Below are positions 25,434 through 37,950 of a stretch of DNA of 64,000 bases, in pieces (the stretch's first letter is position 1; the number at the start of each line of letters is the position of its first letter). The DNA is from Sphagnum compactum (Eukaryota). Both the position numbers and the translations under genes were made by a program. Location: positions 27,704,213 through 27,768,212 of the forward strand of contig OZ234493.1 in NCBI GenBank assembly GCA_965153455.1. Direction: 5' to 3'. The notes beneath the pieces were generated by a model that worked only from the letters and a program-made list of their open reading frames with translations, was not told where the DNA came from and made no database searches.

Positions 25434-27984
25434 ACATTTCCTGCAAGGCACATTGTTACCATCTGACACACATAGATACTGATCATACCTTGCGGAAAAT
25501 CTCTTAGACCTCATGTCAACAGACTTGTAATATTCAGAACTCTATGTCCATAAGCAGACGTAACTCTTTCTCTGCAATGAAAATTCAATTGTGGTTTTCC
25601 TTGCCATTTTTATCCAGTGACCTGCTCTGTAGAAAGCCCGAAATCAGCCTGAAATAATGTTGCTAGGGTGAGTCATGGGGGTTGGTGTAAGGAAGAGAAG
25701 AGAGCTCATAGCTTAGTTGTGAATTTCAATGCTGACATGCTACACTTTTTGGCAATATCACTGCTCCTCTGCAAAATTTGTTTGTTTTCTATTTCATCAT
25801 GGAAGCATGATGATGCCATTACATGTGAGGTCAATCCAAGGCTAATGCCCCAAAATGTTTCCAAAACTCACGATTGGACAATCTAATATTAGGGATTTGG
25901 TTAAAGGTAGATTTGGTTAAAGGGATGTCAACACCACTTCAAAATTGCTTGCCATCATCATAGTAGATATCCCAGTGGAATTTTGTGAAGAGAGTAAATG
26001 GAAAATGGATCCCTCAGATGAAGAGGCATTTCACCTCATAAAGTTGCTCCAAAAGTTTTATCAGTATCAGTTGGAACCCTTTATAGAATGCATCAATCAG
26101 AGCTCCAGAAGTTCGAATATGATTAGCTTGAATTGTTTGAAAAATGGCATCACTGGAGATCCCTCACCAAATGATTTGGCATGCAATTCAACAGATGAGC
26201 TCAATATTTCAGATTCAATGGATTTCTCTGTAAACAACCAAAATGTGACAATCAGGGACATTGATGTCTGGTTGTGATCAACAAGTTTGTCAGTTTGTCT
26301 GTGACAAACAAAAAGTGATGGTGGGGATGTTGGCATCTGATTGCAAAGAAATTCCATGAACAGATTAAATGGATTTGGGATTATGCCCATGAGAGGATCC
26401 AGTATATGTTGTTGCCAGTATTGAGAGAAAATTCTGTTCATAATGCCCCTTCCATTCTAAGTCTGCTCAGTGATGCAATAGACTTTCAAGTGGCAACTTG
26501 ATGGTAACATCCTGATCTGTATGAAAACAAGGCACTTGCAATTGCAAATTCTATATAGAGTGCAGGACTGAATGCCTGCACCTGACAAAAAATATATGGT
26601 CCATTTTGTGCACAATTATGTTTCTATATACCTTTCAGTAATAGAGCCCAAGCAAGGCAGCTCCCCCAACACCCTGAAAATCACCAGTTCCATCTGTAAG
26701 CCCTTTGACAAGCAGTGGAGAGGAAAATAGTATCAGTTAGCATCCTCAAAATCCACAGGACTGAGTATGTGTGCGGTTGTAGACAGTGCATTGGGATGCC
26801 TGAGGGAAACACAACCTAATGTGTTTGCATTGACACCCAGTGTGGTATCCTTTTAAACATCGCACTTCCTCACCTGGGAGGCAGTTTTTACCTGTGGACT
26901 CGCATACTGCAGATAGAAACAACCATTGCCCAATTCAATTTACTTACAATTTGCTTCCTAGCCTTGAACTTTTAGGGCAGGTACACAATATAGCAACTGA
27001 TAGGAGGAACATCTCCAAGAGCTCCAGGAAAAACCCACAATTCGTTGTACATGATCCATTTTCTAACAAAAGCACCCAGCTCATCCCTGAGATAAAGAAT
27101 CTAATAACAAAAGTAGTTTTGAGATAAGAAATCACTACTAGCTCGTGCAAAATAGCCACGATCGTGAGAGAAGGACAGGCTCTGCCAGGGGACAACCTTT
27201 ACCCATTCCAGCCTTAACTACACAATCTCTGACAGATGTGATTTGTTTAATAATGAGATAAATAATGACATGGACATGAAAAGAAGGAACCCAGATGTGC
27301 AGGACAAGATGTGAGATTTTAAGGAACTTACAGACAGGATTTTGGGTTTTAGGATCTGCTGGTGGTGTTAGCATGCGCCGCACAAACTGCTGGCCATGAA
27401 TGTCTCGTGATGTTACCTGCATTCAAAACATGGTAGAATGAACAGCTAAGAGCATTTTCTCAAGTAGCTGAAGACATTGTGGAAATCTGAAGATATTGTG
27501 GGTGCCAAAGAATAGGGAGACAATAACAACCCTCAGCTAGAATCTGTGTCTACTGCAATCTGGAGAGGTGGTCATTTGGGGTTTTCGTTGGGTTGGTACC
27601 TCTACTGATTGAGCATCGTCAAGGCCTTCAATGACCATAAATTTCCTGCCAACTTCTGCACTTCCAACACCCCTCACATGTTGGTCAAAACATCATCATA
27701 AACTGAGAACTCTGGACATGGATCTTTGCACACAAAACAGAGTTTTGAAGCCCAACCAGTGGGTGGGTGGGTGGAATGGGGTGGGGGGAAGAAGAGCATG
27801 CACCTGTTGCCACCAACAACAGCATTACGATCCCCATGACATCCCGGTAGTGCATTGTGTCACAAAGCTATGGGGGAACAACAATAAAATGTTCACTAAC
27901 TTTCCTTTCTCCACAAACAAATAGACCCAAGAAAGTGTCGATAAGAATGTGAGCGAAATGGATTGCTCAACAAAGTTTATTGCT

Positions 27985-27985
<1 letters not shown>

Positions 27986-28016
<31 letters not shown>

Positions 28017-28119
28017 GTAAGTGATGTAAGAAGAGGATTTAGATATGTGCAAAATAGTTGTGCAAGAGAGACACATACATACATGCAGAGAGAGAGAGAG
28101 AGATGCGAGAGAGAGAGAG
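27986..28119. repeat. (CA)n and (GA)n microsatellites
   Basis: CA run ~27986-28015 and interrupted GA run ~28088-28119. Confidence 0.95.
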
Positions 28120-28235
28120 TAAGCTTGGCGACAACTGATTTGGTCTGTCAGAATCACTGATTAACACCAAATGGTGGGCCAGAATTAGAAAAAAAGATTT
28201 CGAATAAGAGAGACAGACCGTAGAGACTCGAGACT

Positions 28236-28508
28236 CAGGCAACCTTTTCTTTTTTTGGCTGGCTATATATAACCACAAAACTATTATTAAACATTAAAGG
28301 TGCTAAAGTCAAGTGCTTTTTTGAAGATTTTCTTGATCAAAATTTCAGTGAATCGCCATATGCCTATACATGGTTCAAGTATGTAACCAAAAATTAAGAT
28401 GGATGTTTTTTTAAAAACTAACTTCATATTTAGGTAGTAGCCAAATTTGGCTGAATGCAACATCGCCACTTTGGCTACATCACAAACACTGACAAAAACA
28501 AAGCACTG
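28236..28508. mobile_element. hAT-type MITE, same family as 10816-11079
   Basis: Ends ...AAAGCACTG. Near-perfect 8-bp TSD CTCGAGAC (28227-28234) / CTCGAGAG (28509-28516). Family core TAGCCAAATTTGGCT present. Confidence 0.6.
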
Positions 28509-29102
28509 CTCGAGAGGTAGCCAGCCGGGGTGTTGGCGGTGGGGTAGTGGGGCTAGCGATTGAGCGGTGGAGCTTCAATCTCTAAGCTCTTCTCACCACA
28601 ATCATCTCAGCTTGGATCTTCCGATTCATGCTTCCCAATTCCACAGAAAATTAGAAGGGTTGGTAGAATTGCAGCATATGATCAAACCTCTTTACGACTG
28701 TCATGCATGATTCCTTCTGTGTACCGCCACCGCTCTTTTTCCAAATTAGAATCTCTGTGTTTTTTTGGACTAAATTTGGCCAGTTGGCTTTTTTTTCCCC
28801 CTCAAAATGGCTACAATATGTGTGTGTGTATGTGTTTTTTTGTTTTTGTAGTTGCCAGATTTCAACAAGTTTTTGGAAAAATCGCCAGACTTCTCTAGCG
28901 GGGTTTTAGCATGTAGCCAAAAATATGAAGGATTCTTAAAATTTAAAAATCTTTCATACCTGGTGTATAGCCAAATTTGGCTGAATCTTCTTGTGGATGA
29001 TCGCTAGTTTGGCTACAGCTCAAAATTGAAAACAAGCCCCGAGTCCCCTAGTCCCCCCAATATGAGCTTCTGAAACAGAAGCAGTCATTAGTCATTACCT
29101 CT

Positions 29103-29180
29103 GAGACACAAGCAATGGCCAATTAGTGCTTCAGAGACACAAGCATTCGCCATTCATTGCTTTGGAGACATAAGCATTTG
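29103..29180 (+). repeat. 31-bp tandem repeat, ~2.5 copies
   Basis: GAGACA(C/T)AAGCA recurs three times at 31-bp spacing. Confidence 0.75.
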
Positions 29181-29617
29181 TAGCCATAAACAAGAAGGTT
29201 GGTTAAAGATTTGTATTTCGTTTCTGGTTTATAGCTAGATTTGGCTAAATCTTCCTAGGGTTGATAGTCACTTAGGCTACACGAAGAAATTCCTTAGAAA
29301 ACACTGTTTAGTTATGCCAACAATAGGTAGTGCATTCATTTTCAAATTTCAAGATCAGCATACTAATTGACGCCATTCATGATTGATGTGTTACGCAATA
29401 GCAAGAGGAGTAGAATTGAGCCTAATTATTAGAGGCAGGATGATTGGGGGGAGGGGGGCGGGGGAGGAGACTCGACATGGACTTCTCTCCTTGCTTTTTG
29501 GTGTGGTTTGTCAGTTAAGAACACTGATGAGTGTATAAGAGAAGGGCTCCAAATGGGCCCCTTCCTACTAATGGCCTGGCTTGGCTGGCATTGCAAAATC
29601 AGGAAGGGTCCACTCCA

Positions 29618-29807
29618 GGGGTGATGGCTCAGTGGCATAGCCTCTGTCTTGGACCCTAGGATCTGAAAAGGGTTCTGGGTTCAAACCCACTAGTGCGTAG
29701 ATGAAAGTCTTGCTGGCCCTCTGCCATCAAACTTGACTGGGGGGTGGCAAAGGACTTGTCAGGTCAGGTCTGCTGTTTTGCTTCAGAAAAAGAAAGAAAA
29801 AAGAAAG
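29618..29807 (+). mobile_element. tRNA-derived SINE
   Basis: Pol III A box TGGCTCAGTGG (29625-29635), B box GGTTCAAACCC (29678-29688), A-rich tail ~29787-29807. It does not fold as a clean tRNA. Confidence 0.65.
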
Positions 29808-32800
29808 GGTAGGAAAGGACCCATTTAGACATTTGCTCCATATACCCAAGGGGTGATGGTCCTGAGGTGTAGGGAGCATATAGCTATAATTCTCGAAACA
29901 GGGAGCCTTTCCCTTTGCAAACAACTGCGAAAACTAGCTAAAATTAGTAAAATCCAACTGTCAAGGGGCCTTTTGAGTGCAATGCTCCCCACAGGCAGTC
30001 CTCTCAGCTGGGCAAAATTCTGCCTCACAATTGCTCTAAAGAACAAAGGCACAACTGGAACAGGTTTTTCTGGGTCATTGTAAAACACACGACCTCTGAT
30101 GGAAACATAATGGCTCTATTGGAGGAAACAACCACACTAGAGGAACCATAGGATAAGGGGACATAGCAGAAAATAGGAGACTTAAAGATAACATTCGAAA
30201 AACATACAGATATTGAATCGGACCTAAATATTGGTCCTAGGTCCTCAAGGAGTGGACGTCAGGTAGACGCTACTTTGATTGCAATGGCCCATATCAAAAG
30301 TTGGAGATAAAAATGAATGAATTGTCCCTCCCACAAGGAGGGGAAGTTAGGTACAAGTCAGTACTCCAAAGAGTGCAAGGGCCTGATTTCATATACTGTA
30401 GTACTGGGCTGGTTGGGCAGCAAAGTGCCTAATAATTGATAGATTTTTGTCATTTTTGGCAGTTAAAATAATAATGTTTTTCAACTCTAGGCACTGTACT
30501 AAGTAATGAAGCTAGTGTCCTTGAGGGGTTTTTTTCCAGATTTTCTGCATGGCATGTAAGAAATTTTCAGAATTTTTGGAAATTTCAAAAACGATTAATT
30601 TGTGCATAACCAGCCTAGGTTCTAGGGTAATAGACATTTGCAACTTTGTAACCTGTAATGGAAACCCATTTCCTAAATAGTATCAAATTGACTAAGTGAA
30701 AGGATATCCTATGCCTTCAGTGTCCCACAACAATTTATTAGCACAAGTATGCAATAGTTGTCAAGTTGTGTGTGCATGTAATTTCACCCCCTCAAAGAAG
30801 AAGCAAGTCCCTTGGGTGTCGATTTTGATAGTTATTCTTGATGTAGAAATGGAATGGGAAATAACCTTCAAGTTTACAATAGAGATATTTGTTCAAGTGC
30901 AAAAGCTTCAAAAGTTCATTTTTTGTGCCTGTAACTAAAATTAGCCACTTTGTTAGGAACTGGAATTTGGTGCTTTTTTTAGGATTTAGAAAAAAAGTGC
31001 AGAAAAAAAGTGGAGATCTCTTATGTTTCGAACTGAAAATAAAATGGCAACACATGTCAAAACTTACTAAAAAATTAAATGAATCCTTAAGATAGTTAAT
31101 GGCAGAGTAGACCTGATTGCTCATAAATATTGAAACAGCAAAGGAAGTAATTACGTGAACCTAGAGGAATAAGAAGGGGAATAACTTAATGAGATGACAA
31201 GAGGAACCAGAGCAACCTCTTTCTGGCTCCTCCATTATATCAGAAGTTGAAATTTAGGCAATTCTTTAATAAAAAAATTCTTGAGATTTCCTATGAGAAA
31301 AAAAAGTGACTACACTAAAAATGCTTTCTAGTGATATATTGCCAGTAAAAAATAAAACACCAGTGAAACTAGTCTAAAAGGAAACCTGGAAAGGACCAGC
31401 TTCTTGTGAAGCATGTTCTGCCTAGATCAACCCATTACAGGAATTGAACCCAAAGTAGGTGAAATTAGATATGAGAAATGGTGATAAATTTTGTTGGCGC
31501 AACACTTTAATATTCAGCCTTGAAGCTTCTCCAACCTTGAAGGTATGAGTTGTTCGAGTCAAAGGACACAAACTTGACTTAGGGTTTGCATGGTTTTCTA
31601 GAGTTTGCCTTGGATGTCGTTTGTGTATTTTGAAAAAATGGAACAAGATGTAATATAGATATGAATGTCAAACATTGATATTGACTTTGGCAACAGGTTA
31701 GAGAGGAAAGTAGAAAAATTTAGGAGTCCTGCTATATTTTGGGAACATGCCAGAACATATTGTCAAAATCTAGTGATTTAAAAAAATTTACTCATAATGT
31801 GACAACTTTGGGCCATTTTTTTGCTCTGCCCTCTTTTTGGTAGCCAGGATGTAAAAATTGCCCAAAAAAAGAAACTGCTGATTAGTGCACAGACAGGTTG
31901 AGCTGAATTGGAGTTGTAAATACAACACTTTTTTCCTTTGCACAATCCTTTTACTTACCCTAATATGTGAAGGATTGTCATTTTGGACCTAAGCTAAGTG
32001 CAAAATATGGGCTGCATTATAAAAGCAAATATGTCCATAATGTACTATCTTTTATGCTTGAATATGAATTGGGGAAGGTATAAGATAAACAACTTGAAGT
32101 ACATATGACCCATTAATAGCGATACTTAAATGCATTTATTTCACAATTGCTAAAATAGCACATGCTTAGAATACCCTTGTTTAATACTCTAAATCATTCC
32201 AATTATATTTGGAATCATAAGTAGAGGGGAAGAACAAATGGAATGGCCTTTGTCTAAATCTTTTGTTACAGCATTTGGGATGTACATACATACAAACATT
32301 GGGACTAATTTATTAATTACAATATATCAACCAAATAACCGCAATTAAAGACCTGAAAACATACACAACCAAAAAAAAGCTTTGGTAATTTCCAACTATT
32401 GGTACAGGTAACGGTAAACATTCAAAACAATTACCTAGTACCAGGAAAAGGTAAATCTTAAATATATACAAGCCAGTTAGGGTACACAGACCAGTCAGTT
32501 CAGGTATCTACTCTAAACCTATTTTATATACTCTTTGACCCTCAAGTATATATGTAAACTCGTTACCCACTCGACAAATATGCTTTACCCGTAAGCTGGA
32601 ATTAATTAAGGAGTATATTGTGAACTCATCAGGACCAACCTACCTCCTTGAGTTGGAAATTGTAATTAGTTACCTATTCCAAACCCCCTCAACAGTCCTC
32701 TAAACCTTTGAAACCCCATCTGACTTCTTGTAATCTGGAGCTACTAGAATACCATTTGCGCACAAATGAAACCTGATGTTGGCCATCCATTGATCCGCCC

Positions 32801-32864
32801 CATAATCTAGATGTACCGCTATAGTAAATCCAATCCTTCTCCTTCCCAGTAAAAAGTAAGTGGT

Positions 32865-35800
32865 TTATTGCAATATCTGTTAGATGGTACACAACAATTC
32901 ACAAACATTAGTGGTGCAGTAAACACAATACTTGAATTCTAGAGGAAGCTACCAATAAGCTAATGAAGAAAACAAACCTCTCCATATGACTAATTCCATA
33001 AGTCCCCCCATAGATTTGACAAGCCTAACAATGTTAGCAGAGGAGGAAAAATCTCAAGGAGTTTCACGCTTACCTCTAAAGTGTGGATCGAATTATAGTG
33101 GACCTCTGCCCAAAAGCTCAAGTAAATTTCTGCACCACCCTATCATATGCAGTGTTAGATGCAGAAGTGGACAGGCATCACTCTCACATCAGTACAATGT
33201 AACTCATAAGATGTCTTCATGGACCTTCAGGTAAAGCTAGCAAGTTTAGAGACATTGCTTGCCATAGCCATGCACAAAGTTTGTTGATGAAATAAATGCC
33301 ACGCGTTGCAACAAGGGCTCCCATAAAGTATCACACCACGGGACTCTGGAGGATTTGGAAAACACGGTAGTGACCTCGCTTTGATTTTTGCTGTGTGGGT
33401 ACAATCTCAATAAAGCATGTGTCCTTGAAGGAGGTGACCAAAGAAATCCTCACACCATACTGCAACCCACCGCAACAGCTTTTTTAATGCTTTATCTCTG
33501 CGACTTGGAAGTTCAATTGTCGGGAAATCAGTCATTCTGCTCTCTCTCTCTCTCTCTCTTTGTTTCCATTTAAACTACAGATGGAGTCTCGGGTCTCAAG
33601 TCTATGGCACATGAAACATGATATGGAAAGTCTATTGGTAACCAGAAAAAAATCAGATGTAAATTCATTCCTCCGTAGTGTGACTGGCATATAGTTTCTC
33701 GGCATCTCATCTTATCTCACTATCTCTGTTTCTCACTGCACCACTTAATTCCTGTTTGACTGAGGAATACTCCCATCAAGAAAGACAGTAATGGTGCAAA
33801 CAAATCTGCAAAAGAGACATAGATGCATAATACAGGCTAGTGGAAAGCTAACATAATCAGCAGCAGCTTGCAGTGTTACATGATCACCCCATTCACCACT
33901 CCTGCAATTCATCAACTCCAGGTTATCATCTTCAGGACCATACAAAATCAACTCAAATCCAAGACACCTAGGACAGAAATAACAGCATACAAAGACAAAG
34001 GGGTTTGTAAACAGCAGACTTGGCCATTTTTTCCAGGTAATCCCCATACTCCATCTGGACGTAACCCGAATATGCATCCGGAGTCTTCCTGAGCTGCTCC
34101 CACCACCCACACATTGGATTTCCAAAAGAGCCTGATTACTGGTTGCATCCCTTCCTCTGATGACTACATAAGTTATTCCCCCTCAGTCAACTACTATCTA
34201 GATACAAACCAAGTTTACTTTGTTTTTGCCTCCCAAGCTTCCCTGTGTCCCACCTCCACCTAATGATGTCAAGTTGCACACCAGAATGACCAAAGGAAAA
34301 AGAACAAAGGAAGATAGATCTCCATGGTGTGTGTCAGTCAGTCCACAACTGTACATTGGATTTGATACCCATCCACTTTCTGCAGAAAGTAAAACTGAAG
34401 CTTCTGACACTGCACTAAGGCCCGAGGGAGGTGGCCATTTTCCTTCCCTAAGGAAATCCTCTACAATTAAAAACATTCCTTTGAAGTCAAATACCATCAC
34501 ACAATGGAAGGGCTCACAGAAAAGCTTAGATACCTGCTTAACCACTGAGTCTCTCACAAAGTTGTGATACTCAGGAGAGTGATAGAGCTGATCTGATAAT
34601 GCCCGAAACTGCCATCAGTTCAATCACCCAAACATGCAAAAGTAAATGCCTGCACCTAACACTTCCAGGTAAGTTTCAGCAGAGAACTTATCTGCTAGGT
34701 GGACTCCAAAAGTTGGACTTCCCTTCAAGCAACTTCTCCAGACCTCCCACATTCACTTAGCCTAAACCATTCATTCTTTTATCAATTTGGAGCAAATAAT
34801 CATTCAAGAACCCATCCAGATACGATTTGGAAGTTGCCACAACTACTTTTGGACACAAGGGTTGCTGTAACAATATCTTCAGCCTGCCAACAGAGTATCA
34901 CTGTCGTAGGATGCCTCTACACTCCAGCAGCAAGAAATAGTCACGCTACTCACCACCTTAGCCACATATAACGACTTGCAGAAATATTCCAGCATTATTC
35001 AATCCACAATTGATCTAGAAGACCTAATCCATGCCCGCATTTGGCAAGGATAATTTCTCCAATTGAAGTCCCAATAATATGGAAGGTGGGGAGGATAACC
35101 TGACAATTCCCATCACCTTCAATTTTCTGTTCACTCAGCCCATACAGGCTCAACCTGTTCTCCCTCCACCTCAAAACAGCCAACCCAACAGGTTTATCTC
35201 ATTAGGAAAAGGGAATGTCACCACAAAATGGTCTTACAATGAATTCAACTGTGATCCCACTCTGGACACACAATACATTTCTCCTTGTACCCAAGTCAAG
35301 ACATCTGAAAAAGGAAGTAATGGATTAGATGTTTTCACCTGTCCAGCAAGCGTTGATGATCTTCTGAGGCAACCTTTGGAGCTGGGATATCCGCATTAAT
35401 TTTTGGAACATGCTGCACAGGTGTAGTCAACCTCCCCAGTAAACATGTGTTGAAAGCATTTGTTCTCAGAAAAATAGCCTGGCGATTGGAGTAAAAGATA
35501 GAGAGATTCAAATGAAAGCCAGATCTTGCTACAGATTGATCACATTATGTAATCCGCTCCATAAGGGAACTTGACAAAAAGCATGATGACTGAACTCATC
35601 TTGAATCTCTCCACAGAAAGTGTACTCCCCAAGCAACTGAAGCTGTAGGACTAAGTAGGAAAGTTGGGCATACAGGTAATGAGTTGAGCGTGGTAAGGCA
35701 TCTTGCCATTTCTCTGTCATGTGGGCGATCTTCAGAGAGTACCAGTGATTTTTGTGAGTCGTCCTCTTCCAACTTGTAATGAGGAGCTTTGTGAATAAAG

Positions 35801-36754
35801 CTTGAATTGGTTGAGTCCTGGTTCTCATCTTCAGCACTACAAATTCCCTCGCTTATTATCTCCATCTGTCCTTCATCCCAATACAGTATCACTCCATCTT
35901 GTCCCAAATGTGTTGAGACCTGGCTGCATCTTGTTGCCACAGCAACTCCACCTACCCAAATCTGTGACATCAATGCCTGCACCATTGCAAAACAGAAACT
36001 GACGCCTTATGTCCACCAAAGTCAAGTTGTTCAGTTCATAGAAGAACAATCTCACAAGATGCTAATCTAAAGCAAGCAGTTACAAAGTCGGAATGATAAA
36101 CCTGCAAATAAAACAATCTCAATAATTGGTATTGATGTCCTATTTGCTCAAGTTGAGGACTGTAACTCCCTTAATCTTATAATACCATGACTACAACCCA
36201 AGACAAGAAAAGATTAGTTCTGAAAAGTCACCCAGGTCATCTTTTCACTGCAATAAATAAGGACTTGCCACTGAACACAAACATGTCTCTTCCTCTCCAT
36301 AAAGTGCTAAATTGATGCTTTTGAGGGCCATCCTTGCTCATAGTTGACAAAATTATTGTGCTATAACTCCCTCATAAATTTTCAAGATCACAACCAAAGA
36401 AAGAAAATATGACTTTGGCATTGACAGAGTTAACTTGTAAACACACATGCTGAGAAGAATTACCATGACCTGAAAACCATGAACTAAATTTGTCATGCCA
36501 AATGCATTCGCATAGTATTTCAATCACGGGAAGAGCAAGAATAAAGCTCAGGCTACACCAAGCTAACAGTCTACCTGCAAGTGTTCAGACATAGGGACAA
36601 TAGGACCTGTGGCTTCTGAAGTTTTGGCAGCAACTAGTCTTTCAAACTCCCAGGTAGTTATAATTTTATCATTGGCAACTGTGTTTCGCAGATGCAGTGT
36701 TGCCGTATCCAGAATCCTATAAGGCCTATTTGTCACACCGCAAACCACAGACAA
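32865..36754 (-). CDS. OTU-domain deubiquitinase (plant OTU9-OTU12-like clade), multi-exon
   Basis: Phase-consistent GT-AG exons: ..-36575, 35976-35674, 35412-35339 (HVPKINADIP..DHQRLLDR), 35154-35100 (IEGDGNCQ), 34608-34534 (FRALSDQLY), 34093-34020, 33901-33853 (SGEWGDHVTLQAAADY), 33459-33375 and 33129-33074 (LSFWAEVHYNSI). Catalytic Cys and His intact. Start codon and last exon uncertain. Confidence 0.9.
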
Positions 36755-37538
36755 GTTACCATCATCTCTTCATGCATCATATCATTCCATGACTCAACCT
36801 TCACAAATTCACTAGGGCATGGCATACCCATGCTTGAGGAAAACCTAATTGATGAGTGACAAACTTCTGTGAATGACTCATCAGCTCCGTGATCCAAAAC
36901 TGAAAAAAGACTTGTAAAACTGACATAAATCTAACAGGCAGGCCAATGAAGTCAAAGCTTTGACTGAGAAAAAAGCTTCAAAAAATTCTGATACCTCAAA
37001 GGAATGTAGTTGCAGACTCTCCCTGTTCTGAAGAACGTCCTTTTCACATAGCCCAGAAATCAAGAATCCTGTACAATTCGCATGCACATATGGATCAGCA
37101 GCCCTCCAGGGACAAGCAGTATATTCTGCAGTCCTTGTCAAAAGAAACACTTAGAAGATATATATCTGTATTGAAACATTTTCAATGCATCAACCAGCAG
37201 TGTGAGGGACCGTCTCATTGCAGTAAAACTGCTTCCCTGGTTACGTTGTGTATGGATGTGTAACTGAGAACGGCAAAAAGATATCGTCACGATTGTCCAA
37301 TACAAGAACAAATCAACAAAAAAGGTTCACTGCAGCTGCTAGCCAGACTCATCCAATGTGCAACCGGCCACAATACAAATTCCTTAAACAAGATCGATGT
37401 CAGCCAGCTCAGAAACGCGAACTGAGACTACGAATCAACAACAGCCGATGCAATGACCGAAATTCTGTAGACGAAAGATCGCAACAAAAAACCTTGAAGC
37501 ACGCAGCTTGATGTGATATACAAGACAAGAAACCAAAA

Positions 37539-37950
37539 TTGTGGACGTCCGTATGCTTTCAAAGAACTAGTCAATTCGTTCAACGACGACGAAAACTTCT
37601 CTAGGATTCCAGACAACTTATTACCGATGTCCAGAGCAATTGTGGACATCTGTATGCTTTCAAAGGAATAAATATGCAGCACATTAAGTGCATCATTATC
37701 CGCTGAGACTTCTTCAACGACGAGGACAACGAAATTTTTTCTACGATTCCAGACAATTTATCACCGATGTCCAGAGCAATTGTGGACATACGTATGCTTT
37801 CAAAGCAATAAATATGCAAAACATTAAGTGCATCATCAGTCGCTGAGACTTTCTCAACGACGAGGACGACGAAAACTTCTCTACGATTCCAAACAACTAA
37901 TTACCGATCTCCAGAGCAATTGTGGACGTCCGCATGCTTCAAAAGAACCA
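37539..37950. repeat. Tandem repeat (101, 140, 140 bp units plus a partial one) in the OTU gene 5' region
   Basis: TTGTGGAC...ATGCTT starts at 37539, 37640, 37780 and 37920. Each full unit ends ACCGAT.TCCAGAGCAA. Confidence 0.9.

Noticed and set aside
25945-27422. Moderate-GC stretch with several 80-115 aa ORFs and splice-like signals
   Set aside because: I could not recognise a domain or a consistent exon chain on either strand. It may be a decayed gene; BLASTX would decide.
29825-30370. 87-aa minus-strand ORF and small hairpin near 30325
   Set aside because: No recognisable homology, and the stem is only 7 bp.
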